From: Ministeria vibrans ATCC 50519
Lineage: Eukaryota > Protista > Filasterea
Assembly: GCA_943704425.1 (NCBI GenBank)
Contig: CALSCP010001345.1
Coordinates: forward strand, 1 to 52,093
Length of the DNA stretch: 52,093 nt
Reading direction: 5' to 3'
Part shown: positions 12,171-23,870 of the stretch, piece by piece
How positions within the stretch are numbered: position 1 is the stretch's first letter
Layout: the number at the start of each line of letters is the position of its first letter
Made by a program: the position numbers and the translations under genes
The notes under the pieces: generated by a model
Told to the model about the DNA's origin: nothing
What the model saw: only the letters and a program-made list of their open reading frames with translations
The model's database searches: none

Positions 12171-13187
12171 ATGAGGGATTCGTGCTTTGGAAACCGAACG
12201 TGTTCTCGGCTGATGGGAAACGAACTCTTTCTCAAGTAACTCAGCGAAATGTGTTTTGTGTTGTCCTTCGTCGTCATCATCTGGCGAAAATGACGCCCGT
12301 CACCTCTGCCTCGCCCGTGTTGACGGGCTCGCTTGCCTGACTTGCACTGTTTCGAGGACTGTGTGTCCTTTTGAGCGTCACTGCGACCCGTTTCTTTTTT
12401 TCTTCTGCTTGCCCCTTTCGCCGTGGCGTTTTCCGCTTCTATCTGCATGGTAGTGTAGTGGTGTGCATGGCAATGTGTGTTTGCAGCAGAGTGCAGCCGA
12501 CTGCAGCGTATGAACTTGTCTATTTACGTGTTTTGTGTGTTCACGATAGGACCGTCTTCTTCATCATCTGGTCCATCATCTGTCTGGCACTCTTTGTCAA
12601 CACCTTTGTCAAGTTTAACAGTGGGGCGGTAAGTTGATGGACTTTGTGACTTACGATTCGCTCTTTCCTCTCTCGTTCTATTTTCTTATCTTTCTCTATC
12701 ACTTCTCACTGTGCAACTCTCTCTCTCTCACTTACTCACCCTCTATTTCTCTGTCTATAAGTGTTTTTCTCTCACACTCACTCTCTGTCACTTTGTTTAT
12801 TTCTCTCTCACTTACTCACCCTTTATTTTCTCTCTGTGTATAAGTGTTTTTCTCTCTCTCACTCTCTGTCACTTTCTCTCTTTCTCTTACTCACCCTTTA
12901 TTTTCTCTGTATGTCACTGTGTTTCTCTCTCTTTCTCACTCTCTGTCACTTTCTCTCACTTACTCACCCTCTATTTTTTTCTGTGTGTCACTGTGTTTCT
13001 CTCTCTCACTCACTCTCTATCACTTTGTTTCTTTACCCTCACTTTTATTACTTCTTTTTGATATTAATTTGTTCTTTTTGCTATTCAGAATTACCAAGTC
13101 CCACGTGAAGTACTCTCTGTTTCACTGCCAATGGCTCGTGGTGCTGCTGCCGTCATCAATTTTTCCTCCGTGATTATCCTACTGACG
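12171..13187 (+). CDS. NADPH oxidase (NOX/gp91phox-like), N-terminal fragment only; exons 12171-12235, 12550-12628, 13089-13187
   Basis: Spliced product ...MGNELFLK|TVFFIIWSIICLALFVNTFVKFNSGA|NYQVPREVLSVSLPMARGAAAVINFSSVIILLT| resembles NOX TM1-TM2 (NEG..W...N..LF...Y.R..LG..LA.ARA.A..LNFN..LILLPVCRN). It ends at donor GTACTA (13188); the expected VCRN exon was not found. Confidence 0.72.
12690..13035 (+). repeat. Intronic pyrimidine-rich minisatellite (CTCTGTCACTTT / CTTACTCACCCT units; includes CTCTATCACTTTGTTTC)
   Basis: Tandem degenerate units in NOX intron 2. Confidence 0.8.
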
Positions 13188-13200
13188 GTACTACCATACT

Positions 13201-13258
<58 letters not shown>

Positions 13259-13336
13259 GTCTCTCTCTCTTTCACTTTCGCTCTCCCTCGCCTCTTTACG
13301 TTGGTTGCGCTCTTGGCACGTTTGACCCTGGTTCAT

Positions 13337-13528
13337 ACTTTACTATCGTCCCTGGCAATAAAGCATCGCAGCGCGGGTGGCATACTCTCCAACGCCCACT
13401 CCGCACCAAGGCAGTGGGAGGGGCGCCGGGGCCATTCCGCGCTGCTGCAGCAGGGGTGACCCAGCCCCTGCTACAGCGAGTGGCGGAACCCGCGCTGTTA
13501 GTGCGTAGGAAATCAAGGACAGGAAAGT
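13337..13528 (-). ncRNA. Candidate structured RNA of unknown family (three-way junction on a long closing stem)
   Basis: Perfect 10-bp inverted repeat 13369-13378/13488-13497; 13-bp hairpin 13444-13477; hairpin 13391-13427; outer stem 13348-13354/13514-13520. Non-Watson-Crick pairs in these stems are G-U on the minus strand. Confidence 0.5.
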
Positions 13529-13868
13529 GAGTGATTTATTTTTCATTTTTCACAAACAACAAGATCAATCATAACAACGTAATGATTCGTCATCAAAACA
13601 ACAATTTTCATCAACTCCACTTTCTTATCGCTGACCAATGAGGAGCCCACAACGGAGTCTCTCGATGTGCGGACATTTCCATGCCTCCCTGTGACAGACT
13701 CGGTCTCTCTGACACTCTCTGTGTCTCCCGACTCGCGTCTCTCACTCAGACTGACAGTGAAAATTGCAGTTTTGGTTGTTTTGTTTTGTTTCGTCTCTCT
13801 CTATCTCTCTCTCTCTCCAACAAAATGCCCTTTCCCACTTTGGCATCTCATGGGTTGCAACAAGGTCG

Positions 13869-16042
13869 TCAGTCATCGTCCGTTGGCAGCATGTCGAAGA
13901 TGTTGATGGGCTTCTTGCGCTTGTCTGTGTCTCTCACGGCCTTCTTGGCCTTCCTTGTCGTTGCACTGCTCGCCTTCTCCTCCTTCTCCTTCTCCTTCTC
14001 CTTCTCCTTCTCCTTCTCCCTCTCCTTCTCCTGCTTGCGCTTTTCGTACAGCCCATGCGCAATCCGCTCTCCACTGAACGTTGACAGCACGGACGAAAAG
14101 TCCTCAAAGGGACGTCGAAACACATCGTGAAGCCAATGCACACTGAGCAGCGTCGACACCCTGAAGGAAAACATTCATACACCAATCATCAGACACACAA
14201 CAAACCCCACGTTTCTTCCTCCCTACCACACATCCAACACCCAGAGAGTCCGCGCGAGCCCTTTGCCGTGCGCCTTCAACTTCCTCACTGGTGGACCACT
14301 CGTACTCGTCGCTTCATTTTCATTCTGCTCCAACGTCCACTTGCCAAGCACGTCCAGCTCATCTTCAGTCAAGCGATGTGTCGCGTGAGCCCTGAGCCAG
14401 GCAAACGCAGCGCCCTCGACTGTGCCAATCAGGTTGGTGTCCTCGCTAGCAGCCGCATCGCCCAATAGACAGCGCACAAACGCACGCTGTCGGTCCCCCC
14501 TACTCTCGTCCATCGCCAGCACATCGGCCACAGTCCACTCCACCGCGTCCACCTCACACCGCTTGTACACCAGTTGGCCCTTCGCGCATCGCTTCTCACG
14601 CACCTCCTTTACATCCTCTCCGCCCAAAAGCACTCCATAAGCCCGATTTCGAATGCGCTGTGATACTGTCCATGCACACTCCTCCGTTCCCTCCACAGGC
14701 CCGACCTGTGTACAACACCCTGCCATCATGTTCAGCTTGCACACATGTCTCTTCTGCCGCACACTCCACAACTGCAGCTGCCCCAAACTGTATGACTCGT
14801 CCATTGTCCCTTCCTTCAGCTCCATCAGCTTCTTGTACCGCACGACATCCTTCGAGGGAGCATACATCGCAACGCACAACTGAATCACCTCTCTCCTCTC
14901 CCCATAAATCTCCTCCACAATCGCTTGCGCCTCCTACAGCACACACATTTGGAGGAAAAGAAAGAAAGGAAGGGGGAGGGGTGAGAATAAAACCAAAGTA
15001 TTATCCTGACGACACCGCTGTTGGGGGTACCTCAAAAGTCCTGTTGCGCAGATGTGTCGTCGCCGCGTCAACGCGAGGACCAAACGATTTCGCAGTGGGT
15101 CCCTTCGTCTGCTCTGTAAAGTCGTTCCCAAGCGCACATGCAATGAATGGCATTAAGGACTGCGATACATGCCACTTCTTCGCTAAATATCTCGCACTGC
15201 AAGGAGAAGGCATGAATGTGAAGAAAGAAAATAAAAAGTAATAATAATTATTATTATTATTTTGCTTACGGAAAGAAGTAATTTGCAGTCACATCTTTCC
15301 TCTGGCTCGAAACGTCAAATTCATCTAGGAGAGCAAAATCCACGTCGGATATGAGGAAATCCGAGTCGTTGGACACGACTATGGCACGCTCGGCGAGCGC
15401 AAGCGACGTGACAAGGTCGTCGGCCTCCTCGAGTGCCTTCACCAGACGCACCCCACGACTCGCGCACGCCTGAATGAGCACATCGAAACTCGGCGGTGGC
15501 AGAATTTTTGTCCCTGTGTCAAACTTGTCTTGGAAAGCCATGGAATCGCCGTCATCTCTCGCATGCTTGACCATATTGTGAAGAAGAGTGCACCGTGCAG
15601 CAAAACGATGTCTCTCCACCTCCTCCTTGGCAGCAGGGGTCGCCCCGTCCAGCACGACAATGCAGTCCATGCCAACATGCTGCATGACGGACAGCCAGGT
15701 GCCGATCCTCTCGCCTAACTCCGTCATGCTGCCGTGCAATAGCGTCGACAAGGTCATCCTACACTTACACACACACACACACAAGATACAACATCAACAC
15801 AAAAGTGGGTAATCGCTCATCCCCTTACTTGTACAGTGCGTACACCAACGCTGATCCATCTATTATAACTGGCTGAGTCGTCCCGGTGTCCGTTTTCTTC
15901 CATACGCGTCTGCTGCGTCAGTGCAAGACAAAAGTTAAAACGTAAATATAATAATCTTATTTTATAATTGCATTGCACACAAAGCGCAATACCTATACTC
16001 TCTTTTCGATTTGACATATCCGAGTAAACACGGTATGCCCAT
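13869..16042 (-). CDS. Asteroid/ASTE1-like PIN-domain (XPG-family) nuclease homolog, multi-exon
   Basis: Start MGIPCLLGYV; IIDGSALVYALY, CIVVLDG, EEADD, VVSNDSDFLI supply the acidic PIN/XPG-N motifs; C-terminal EK-rich tail. Confidence 0.78.
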
Positions 16043-16378
16043 GATCAACGAAGGATGGAACAAAGATGAATTGTAAAAAAAAATGACGCTTCATTTATTC
16101 ATCATGATGAGAATGATCGTGTTTCCAGATCAAAGTAAATCTAAAACAATTAGCAACAATTGGATAATATTCAAACTAAAAGCAAGCCCCAAGTGAGTAA
16201 ATGAGTGAGTGGGTGGCACTGGGCGCGTGAGTGAGTGAGCGAGTGAGTTCATCAGTCAGTCAGTCAGTCAGTCGAGTGAGTGAGCGCCCACCCTCAACAC
16301 AACTAGCGTAAAAGTTAGAACTATCCATTCTACTCATCTCAGTGCTCCGACGGAATAAGAAAAAAGGAGATGAAATCA

Positions 16379-16764
16379 TTAATATACATGTACAAGTCCA
16401 GAAAAGAGCGTCCAGAACAACACAAAGGTGCCGAGTCCACCAGAGAGCCCCTCCACAAAGGGATTCGCTGGCAAAAAGCGACTCCACTCGCGCTCAGCCT
16501 ACACCACAGTGTGTCAACTCCTCAACATCCAAACCCCCAATTCTCTTCGCCACTACCTTGACAAAGATCAGAAAGGAACACAACAGATTCAACGCGAAAA
16601 ACAGCACAAACCCATAGAGACCCTAAGAGAAACAAACGAGTCAGTACATCCCACACGGTCCTCCGCCGCCGCCGCGTCTCAACCCAGCAAGCACACTGCT
16701 GGCCCATCCGCATGCATGCATGTGCGTGTGCAAGCACACCCCCAAATAAACACACACGGGAGAA

Positions 16765-16818
<54 letters not shown>

Positions 16819-17095
16819 TCGCATCCACCAGCCACAGCGCCCTCCGCTCTCTCCTCTCTCTCCCTCCCTCCCTCTCCCTCCCCTTCTCTCTCCCGGCTCT
16901 TCCTCACCGACAGGTTCAACGTCCCTGCTGCTATTCCAGCCGCAGCACTCGCCAGTGTTCTTGCTGTGCCTGAGATTTGTCTACAGCCCAAGTCAACGAC
17001 TCCATCAGATGCAAAATAACAAAGACAATAAAAACTCACCCGTTGGATTGCAAAACCGCCCCATTCATTCGCTTCGTCCCCGTCCCATCCGACAT
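16379..17095 (-). CDS. EMC6: ER membrane protein complex subunit 6, 4 short exons (not recovered as a whole by the ORF track)
   Basis: Spliced: MSDGTGTKRMNGAVLQSNG|QISGTARTLASAAAGIAAGTLNLS|GLYGFVLFFALNLLCSFLIFVK|AEREWSRFLPANPFVEGLSGGLGTFVLFWTLFSGLVHVY*; matches EMC6 AGILGLTGLYGF...TYVLFWTFLYGMVHVY. Confidence 0.92.
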
Positions 17096-17210
17096 GACAC
17101 TGAGAATCTTAGCAAAACAAATTTTTATGATCTCTGCAATATCCCAAAAAAAAATTTATTCATGATCATCATATTCTTTTTTCTTTTTTTTCACAGTCAC
17201 ATTGTCACAA

Positions 17211-20200
17211 ATGACATCTCTCGCCGCACAACTGCGCTCTGTCGCTGCGGCGTCCTCGGCACAAGCGTCCGGGATCAAAAACCGTGTGTCGCTCCTGTAC
17301 ACGTCGCGCGAGGCGGCGGACATGAGCCGCGAGACGGTCCACGCGCTCAGCGCAAATGGCATCCGCGAACTCCTTGCCAGCGAGTAAGTCTACAGTCCGC
17401 CTCGTCGCCCTCTCCCTCGCATCTGCCGCCGTGCGCCCCGCTCACCCGCCTCTCCTCTGCCTCTTCTGTAGCTCCGACGCGTTTGCTCGCTTCGAACGGC
17501 CGCTGTTCAGCCGGGCCGCAGCCGATTACGATCGCCTCGTGCACACCGCCGACGAAAACGCCGCGCTGAACGCCACAATCAACGCCTTCCTCTGCGCCCT
17601 CTCGCCCCGGCTGCTCACCAAGGCCGCACACAAGTGTCTCGAGTGGCTCCTCCGCCGATTCTCCATCCATCTCTTCAACGGCCCCGCACTCCTCCTGGCC
17701 GCCCTGCCCTTCCACGATGCGCCTCTCTTCGCCCGCATCCTCGCCCTCGTGCCCCTCGACGACACCGCCCTCGTCCGCACCCCGGCCCTCAGCCACTGGA
17801 CCTTCCTTCGCGACGTCCAGGCGACGGGCGCACCCCTCGAACGCGCTCAGTTGGCCGCACAATGCGCACAAGAGCCGCCGCTCCTTGACTTGATCGGGCG
17901 ACGCGGCGCCACCTCGTCCGTCCGCGCCTTTGTCAACCTCTTTGCCGCAACAGCCACTGCCACCCTTGATGTGCCGCAAGTTGTTGACGAGTCGCTTGTC
18001 CTCGCCCTTCTCCCACACTTGCTGGCGGGCCTGGCCAACACCACCGATTCCGACGGAAACTGTCGCGCCGCCGCCCGGCTCGTCGCCTGCGCCCTCGCCG
18101 CACGCGTCCAACTCGCCTCAGAGACCGTCGCCAGTCTGTTTCAGGCACTCGTTGCTCCCGACGCGGCCGCCGACGAACTCGACAGCGTCGTCCTCACCCT
18201 CGCCTGCCTCCTCGCCTGCTGTCCAGATCCGCTGACCGCGGCGCCCTCCGCCGTCATTGAGCGCCTTATTGCCCTTATACACCTCAACGACAACGCAGAC
18301 GACGCCGACGATGAGAACGACACAGATGCTCATGCGCTCTCAGACGCCATCGCCGCCCTGCCTGCCTGGGCCCAGCCCAACCTGCTGCTGCAGCCTCTGT
18401 GCCACCACGCCACCGCTCTGATTGCCCACACAGACACCGCCGTGTCAGCACGTGCATGCAACCTCCTTGCTGCCCTTATCACCGTGCCTTCCATTGCTCC
18501 ATCGCTTCTCGCCCACCTGGCTCAGGCTCTTCTCGCCTGCTCCTCCTCCTCGTCGTCAATCGCCGTCGTCACCACCCCCAAGAAGAAGAAGACCAAGAGC
18601 ACCGCGCACGCGATTCCTTCTCACGTCACACGACTTCTCCGCAAACTCGCTGCGCGCCACCCGTCAGCCGTCGACGAGGCGCTCGCAGGTGCACTCGCAA
18701 CCAACAACAATAGTAGCACTACAAAGGATCTCCTTGCCTTTGCCACCAGCTTCTTTGCGCACTCCCAACACGCTCCCCTCGAGTCCACAACCGTCGCTCT
18801 GGCCCTTGTCAGCCCCAACAGTAGCACTCGCGCCCTTGCCGTTGCCCATCTCATTGAGACCCTCTCGTCTCAGACTGCCCAATCAGACGACCAATTTCGT
18901 GCCTTTGCGTCCCAGGCACTGCTAGACCGCCTCTGCGACGACAGCCACCGCGTCGTGTCTACTGTGCTCCAGGGCGGCCCTGTCGTCGCCTCCCTCGTGC
19001 CTCTACCTCCTCTTGTGCAAGCCTGCGAGTCACTCTTCCTTCGATTCGCACCGGCCGTCGCCAAGCGTGCCAAGACTCTTGTGGCCATTGCCTCGTTCCT
19101 TCTCGCGCTGCCTCTCGATTCCCATCCTGACCTTCAGGACCGTATCCGTGCGCTCCTCTGGCCCTGGCTGCTCATCCGCGCCGACTCGGCTGCCTTCAAC
19201 CGTGCTCTCATTGCCGCGTGTGCCTCCGCCTCCTCCTCCTCAGTGCTCTTCCCGGGTCTTCCCACCGATACGGAGTCCCTCGACAACGCAACTCTCGTTG
19301 CTTCACTCTCGCTTGTGTCCCTTCCCTCCGCCCCATTGGCCAACACGGACACACTCCACCTCTCGGAGCTTCTCTCGACCCTTGTACTCGCGCACCACGC
19401 TCGCTCCGAGACAGACCTCGAGCGACTTATTGCGCTGTGTACCGACCAGCTCAAGAACGATCCGCTTTCGCTGCGTGACGCGAGCAATGCCAGCGAATGG
19501 TGTACTCACACCAGCGCACAGCCCGTTTCTCCTGCACTCTGGTCCGCCATTGCCAAACTTATGCCGGGCAATCGTGCGGGCAAGATGGTCGCTGCCGTCT
19601 GCTCGGTTGCCCTTCAGCAGGCTGTGCCGTTGGTCACCTCGCAATCGTCCTTTTCTCATCTCAATGCACTTTTTGCTGCGGCATCTCTCCTCCCGCCCGT
19701 CTCATTTGCCACCTGTGTTCACACTCTGCTAACTGCTTTGCGTGCCGAACGCTCTGCTGCCTTCCTTGCCGCCCTCTCGGCCGACGTCTCTCTCTCAACT
19801 GTCGCACGCATCCGCGCCCTCCGTGTCCTCGCTCCCTTGGCCGCCGCGCAGCCCGCTCGCATCGACGGCGCCGCGCTCATTGCCACTCTGGGCGACGCTG
19901 TCAGCGAGGTGCGTGTGGCCGCCCTGGCTTGCTGGCGTGCTCTGGCTGCTGCCGGCGATACTGTGCCCCGCGAATCTCTCGCACGCGACGCCATTGTCGA
20001 CGTGTGCGCCGCCGAGGAGCACCTTCGTGCCGATGCGCACCACATTTACACGCTGGTTGGTCGACTCATTGCCACCGACCCCTCCTACTTTGCCCGTGTC
20101 AGTGCACGCCTCTCGGACGACATTGCATTCCTGGGCGCTCGCATTCCCGTCGCACTTCTGCGGTGCCTCCGTCGCGCCACCGACATAGACCAGGACCGCA

Positions 20201-23200
20201 TTCAGGTGGCTGCACCCCTTCTTTCTCGCTCCCTTATCGTCCAAGCGGACCTCCCAGACGCGCAGCAGCCGGCCCAGTGCGAGGCAATCGGTCTTCTCCT
20301 TCAGTGCTACACCCCCGCTGCGTTTGCCGCGGTGCCTCGCTCAAGCAAAAAGGGAAAGCACTCCTCTGCTGTCACTCCCTTGTCCGTCTCCGACTTGATC
20401 CAGCCGCTACTCGAGGCGCTCACACGTCACGACGTCAATCACTCGAATGCGTCGGTGCAAGCACGCGCGCTTACTCGCCTCAGCGATCCCCTCGTGGCAG
20501 CACTTCCTGTCGAAATGGCCCGTCGTGTCGTGGCGCTTGTCATCGACACAGCCGCCTTTCACGGCGACACCGACACCGGCGCACAAGCCCGCCGTCAACT
20601 GACGCGTCTCAGCTCGGCTGACGTGCCCGTGTTCCTTCCCGAGATTGAGCACTTTACGCGCTTATCCATGGCCGCTCTCACGTCGGCTCCCGCCTCGCCT
20701 GCCACGCCCACCAAGGTTGCGACGACAGACTCGGGCACGCCCTCGTCGAAACGCCGTGCTCGCAGCGCCGCAAATGGCGGGGTTCCTGCGGTGCCCATCA
20801 CGCCGCTGGCGGTGCCCTCGGAAAACGAGCGTGCCGCAGCAGTCGCCCGTCTCAATGTCATTCTGGAATCCATGCGCAAACCCGATGTGCTTCTTGCGCC
20901 CGGTCTCATTGCCCTGCTCGAGGCTCTCGTTGCCGCCAGCGCGACCTGGGGCGAGTACAGCAAGCAACTGTGTCTCGACGCGGTGCGTCACTCACTTATG
21001 ACCACCGAAGAGGAGCGCACCGTGTCGCTTGTGAGCAACGCCGCGACCACCACCACCACCGACATGATTGTCGATGAGGAGGAGGTTCGTGTCGACGTCA
21101 TTGTGCGCTGTCTGCGCACCACCAACGACCCGCAGACACATCGCCTTGCATTGCTTCTGCTCACTGTCGTCGCCCCACGTTACCCGGCCGCCGTCATGGA
21201 GCACATTATGCCTGTCTTTACCTTTATGGGTGTGAGCGTCCTGCGTCAAGACGACAACTACAGCCTGCAGGTGATCGACGAGTGCGTGTCGGCTGTTGTC
21301 CCGGCGCTCGTGCAGCGCGGCACCACCGAGACCATTGCGCAGGTGGCGCGCGTCTTTGTCGACGCGTCTATCCACATTCCCGCCCACCGTCGCACCCATC
21401 TATTTGTGCACCTCTGTGCCACCCTCGGTGTTCCTCGTCACCTCTACACGCTTCTGGCGCTCCTTGCCTTTCGTCGTGCCGCCACCAACGAGGCCCACAC
21501 AGCCCAACTCGCGACGGAACTCGCACAGGCAACGGTTGGTGACAATGCTCACGAACAGGTCAGCGTGTGCTCGCGCCTCATTGCTCTGTGCCACCGTCTG
21601 CCCAATGCGCCACTGCGCGGTCGTCAGCGCCATGGTCAGCAGGGCCAGTCCGATGCCGTCTCGTCTGTTGCCGACGCGTCGCTCGTCGACGCCGCTGCCT
21701 CAACCACTACCGAAACCGTGTTGCAGCAGTTCAAGTTGTGCGCTACCGTCGTCGTGTCGACTCTCGTCTCGTCCAAGGCTTTTGTCGCGCTTGTCGAGCG
21801 TGCCCATCGTGATCAGATTGAGACGGACTGCCTCTCGCTGCTGCAACACACCCTGCTCTGTCGCGAAGAGGCGCCCACCGAGGCGGTGCGTCGGCGTCTG
21901 CTGCACATTGCCGACAAGGTCAATGCCTTGCTGCCGATCGACGCCTTCCTTGCCATCTCGCGCCAGTTGCTCGTCCATCACGACATTGCGCTGCGTCGCC
22001 ACATGCTGCAAGTGATTGCTCGTCGTGCCACCGACGCCCGACGACGCGACCAGCAGCAGCAGCAAAAGACCAAGCACAAGACGGACACGAGCGAGCACCT
22101 CATTACGGGACTGCTCGAGGATGTCTGTCGCGTCATGACGACCGCCGACGAGCCGCTGCTCAACGTCCAGACCGCCCTGGTCACCGTCGATGCCATTGCA
22201 CGCGCCCACGCCAAGCTGCTCCCGGCCGAGTTTGTCACGGCTGCTGCGCTTGTCGTGGACACGCTTGTGCGACTGAGCACTGTGTCCGACAGTAGCGAAC
22301 CGACGACGACGACGCCAAGCAAGAAGGAAAAGGACAGTGCTAGTGTGGCCGAGGTGCGCATGAGTGCCCTGACGTGTCTGGCAACACTTGTGACACAGCT
22401 GCGCGCTCGTTTGGTGTCTCACGTGGGCACCATGGTGGCTGCGGCGACCGACGTGCTCCTTGCTGCGCCCCAGCATGCGCTTCTCAGCGCTGCCGCCTCT
22501 CTCCTCATCTCAATGCTCGTCCACTTGCCCCAGTTCATTGCGGGTCCTCCGTTGCGCCAACTGCTTGATGCCGTCTCCAATGCGCGCTTCATTCCGGTGC
22601 GAGGAGCGGTGGCAACCCACGACAACGACGACGACAAGTACAATGATGATGAGGCAGAGAGCGAGAGCGAGACGGTCAGCCTCATGCAAAGTGTTCGCGA
22701 GCGTATTGCAACATCGTGCTCGATGCGACTGTTGTTGCCGGCGATCATCAGTGGCTGTGAGGCTGCGGACGGTACTCGCAGCAGTGCATCGCAGCTGCTG
22801 CTGTCGACTCTGGCGCACGCCATCGAGCACATGCCTCCGCTTGACGTGGGTGCACATCTGGTCCGCCTTGGTCGCTTCCTCGTGTGGTCTCTCAAGACCC
22901 GCTCGCGCCATCCGGTGCGTGCTGATGCCGTCGAATCCGCCGCTATCGACTGTTTTACGGCCCTCACACTTCGCTTGGGCGAAGGCAGCTTCCGTCCGCT
23001 CTTTCAGCGCACCGTCACCGACCTTATTAATGTCGGTGTGCACGGTCAGATGGCTCTCTATGCACTTGTGGGCACTCTCGCACGCAAACTTCGTGCGCTC
23101 TTCACGCGCTTCTTTGCCCTTGTGCTCGACAATGCTGTTGCAGTGCTTGCGCAGCACCACCGCGCTCTCGAGTCTACCCAGTCCGAAGACGACGAAGAAG

Positions 23201-23784
23201 ACGACGAAGACGAAGAAGGGGAGAGCGGTGACGCGGAGAGTGCTTCAGAGGAGGACTTTGAAGAGGTCCTGCGGACGGGCACGGGCGAGGCGAGCGCGCG
23301 AGAGAAGGGGCAGCTGGTGCGCCTTGTTGTGACGGCACTGCACTCGTGTTTCACACACGACACAAGTGGCTTTGTGGACAAGAAGCGTTTTGCCCTGGTG
23401 CAGGAGGGTCTTGTGTCGCAACTGAACAATGCGTTGCTGTGTCGCACCAGTGTGCGACTGTCCGAGTGCGCGACACAGCTGGTCATCCCGTGTCTTACGC
23501 AACTCGCAGTGGCCGTCGCGAGCGAGCCGCAGTGGCGCGAACTCAACTCGGCAGTGTGTGCGCTCACACGCAGTCCTCTGTGGCGCGTGCGTCTTGCGGC
23601 CCTGCAGGCTCTCAAGGCCCTGTACGAGCGACTCGGAGAGGAGTTTCTGCCGGTGCTGCCCGAGACAATTCCCTTCATTGCGGAGCTCATGGAAGACAAT
23701 GTGGTGCAGGTCGAGCGCGAGTGTCAGAACACTATCAAGCTCATCGAGGGCTACCTCGGTGAGTCTCTTCAGCAGTACTTTTAA
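17211..23784 (+). CDS. UTP10: U3 snoRNP-associated protein 10 / HEATR1 (intron 17384-17471)
   Basis: MTSLAAQL start; AHKCLEWLLRRFSIH; MPVFTFMGVSVLRQDDNYS; HIPAHRR; C-terminal BP28CT/HEAT region ending LPETIPFIAELMED...YLGESLQQYF*. Confidence 0.96.
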
Positions 23785-23870
23785 TGCAGGTTTCCATAGT
23801 ATGCTTCATTTACAGAAAGAAAGAAAGTGATGAGAGAGAGAGAGAGAGAAAAGGGGGAAAAAAAAACAAA

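Noticed and set aside
12289-12345. SECIS or C/D snoRNA in NOX intron 1 (ATGAC, GCCCGTCA/TGACGGGC stem, CTGA)
   Set aside because: It is intronic, has no apical AA or GA quartet partner, no in-frame UGA gene is nearby, and box C is non-canonical.
13369-13497. MITE with terminal inverted repeats
   Set aside because: No target-site duplication or second copy is visible in the window, and strand-specific G-U pairs fit RNA structure better; not fully excluded without a genome-wide search.
8730-17095. TMCO1 and EMC6 as an ER-insertase gene cluster
   Set aside because: They are separated by unrelated genes and by a possible assembly break near 13.2 kb; proximity is probably coincidental.
17347-23830. 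Many overlapping antisense or alternate-frame ORFs over UTP10 (similarly over TBCD, VPS15 and FucT)
   Set aside because: Shadow ORFs of GC-rich coding sequence with no recognisable motifs.
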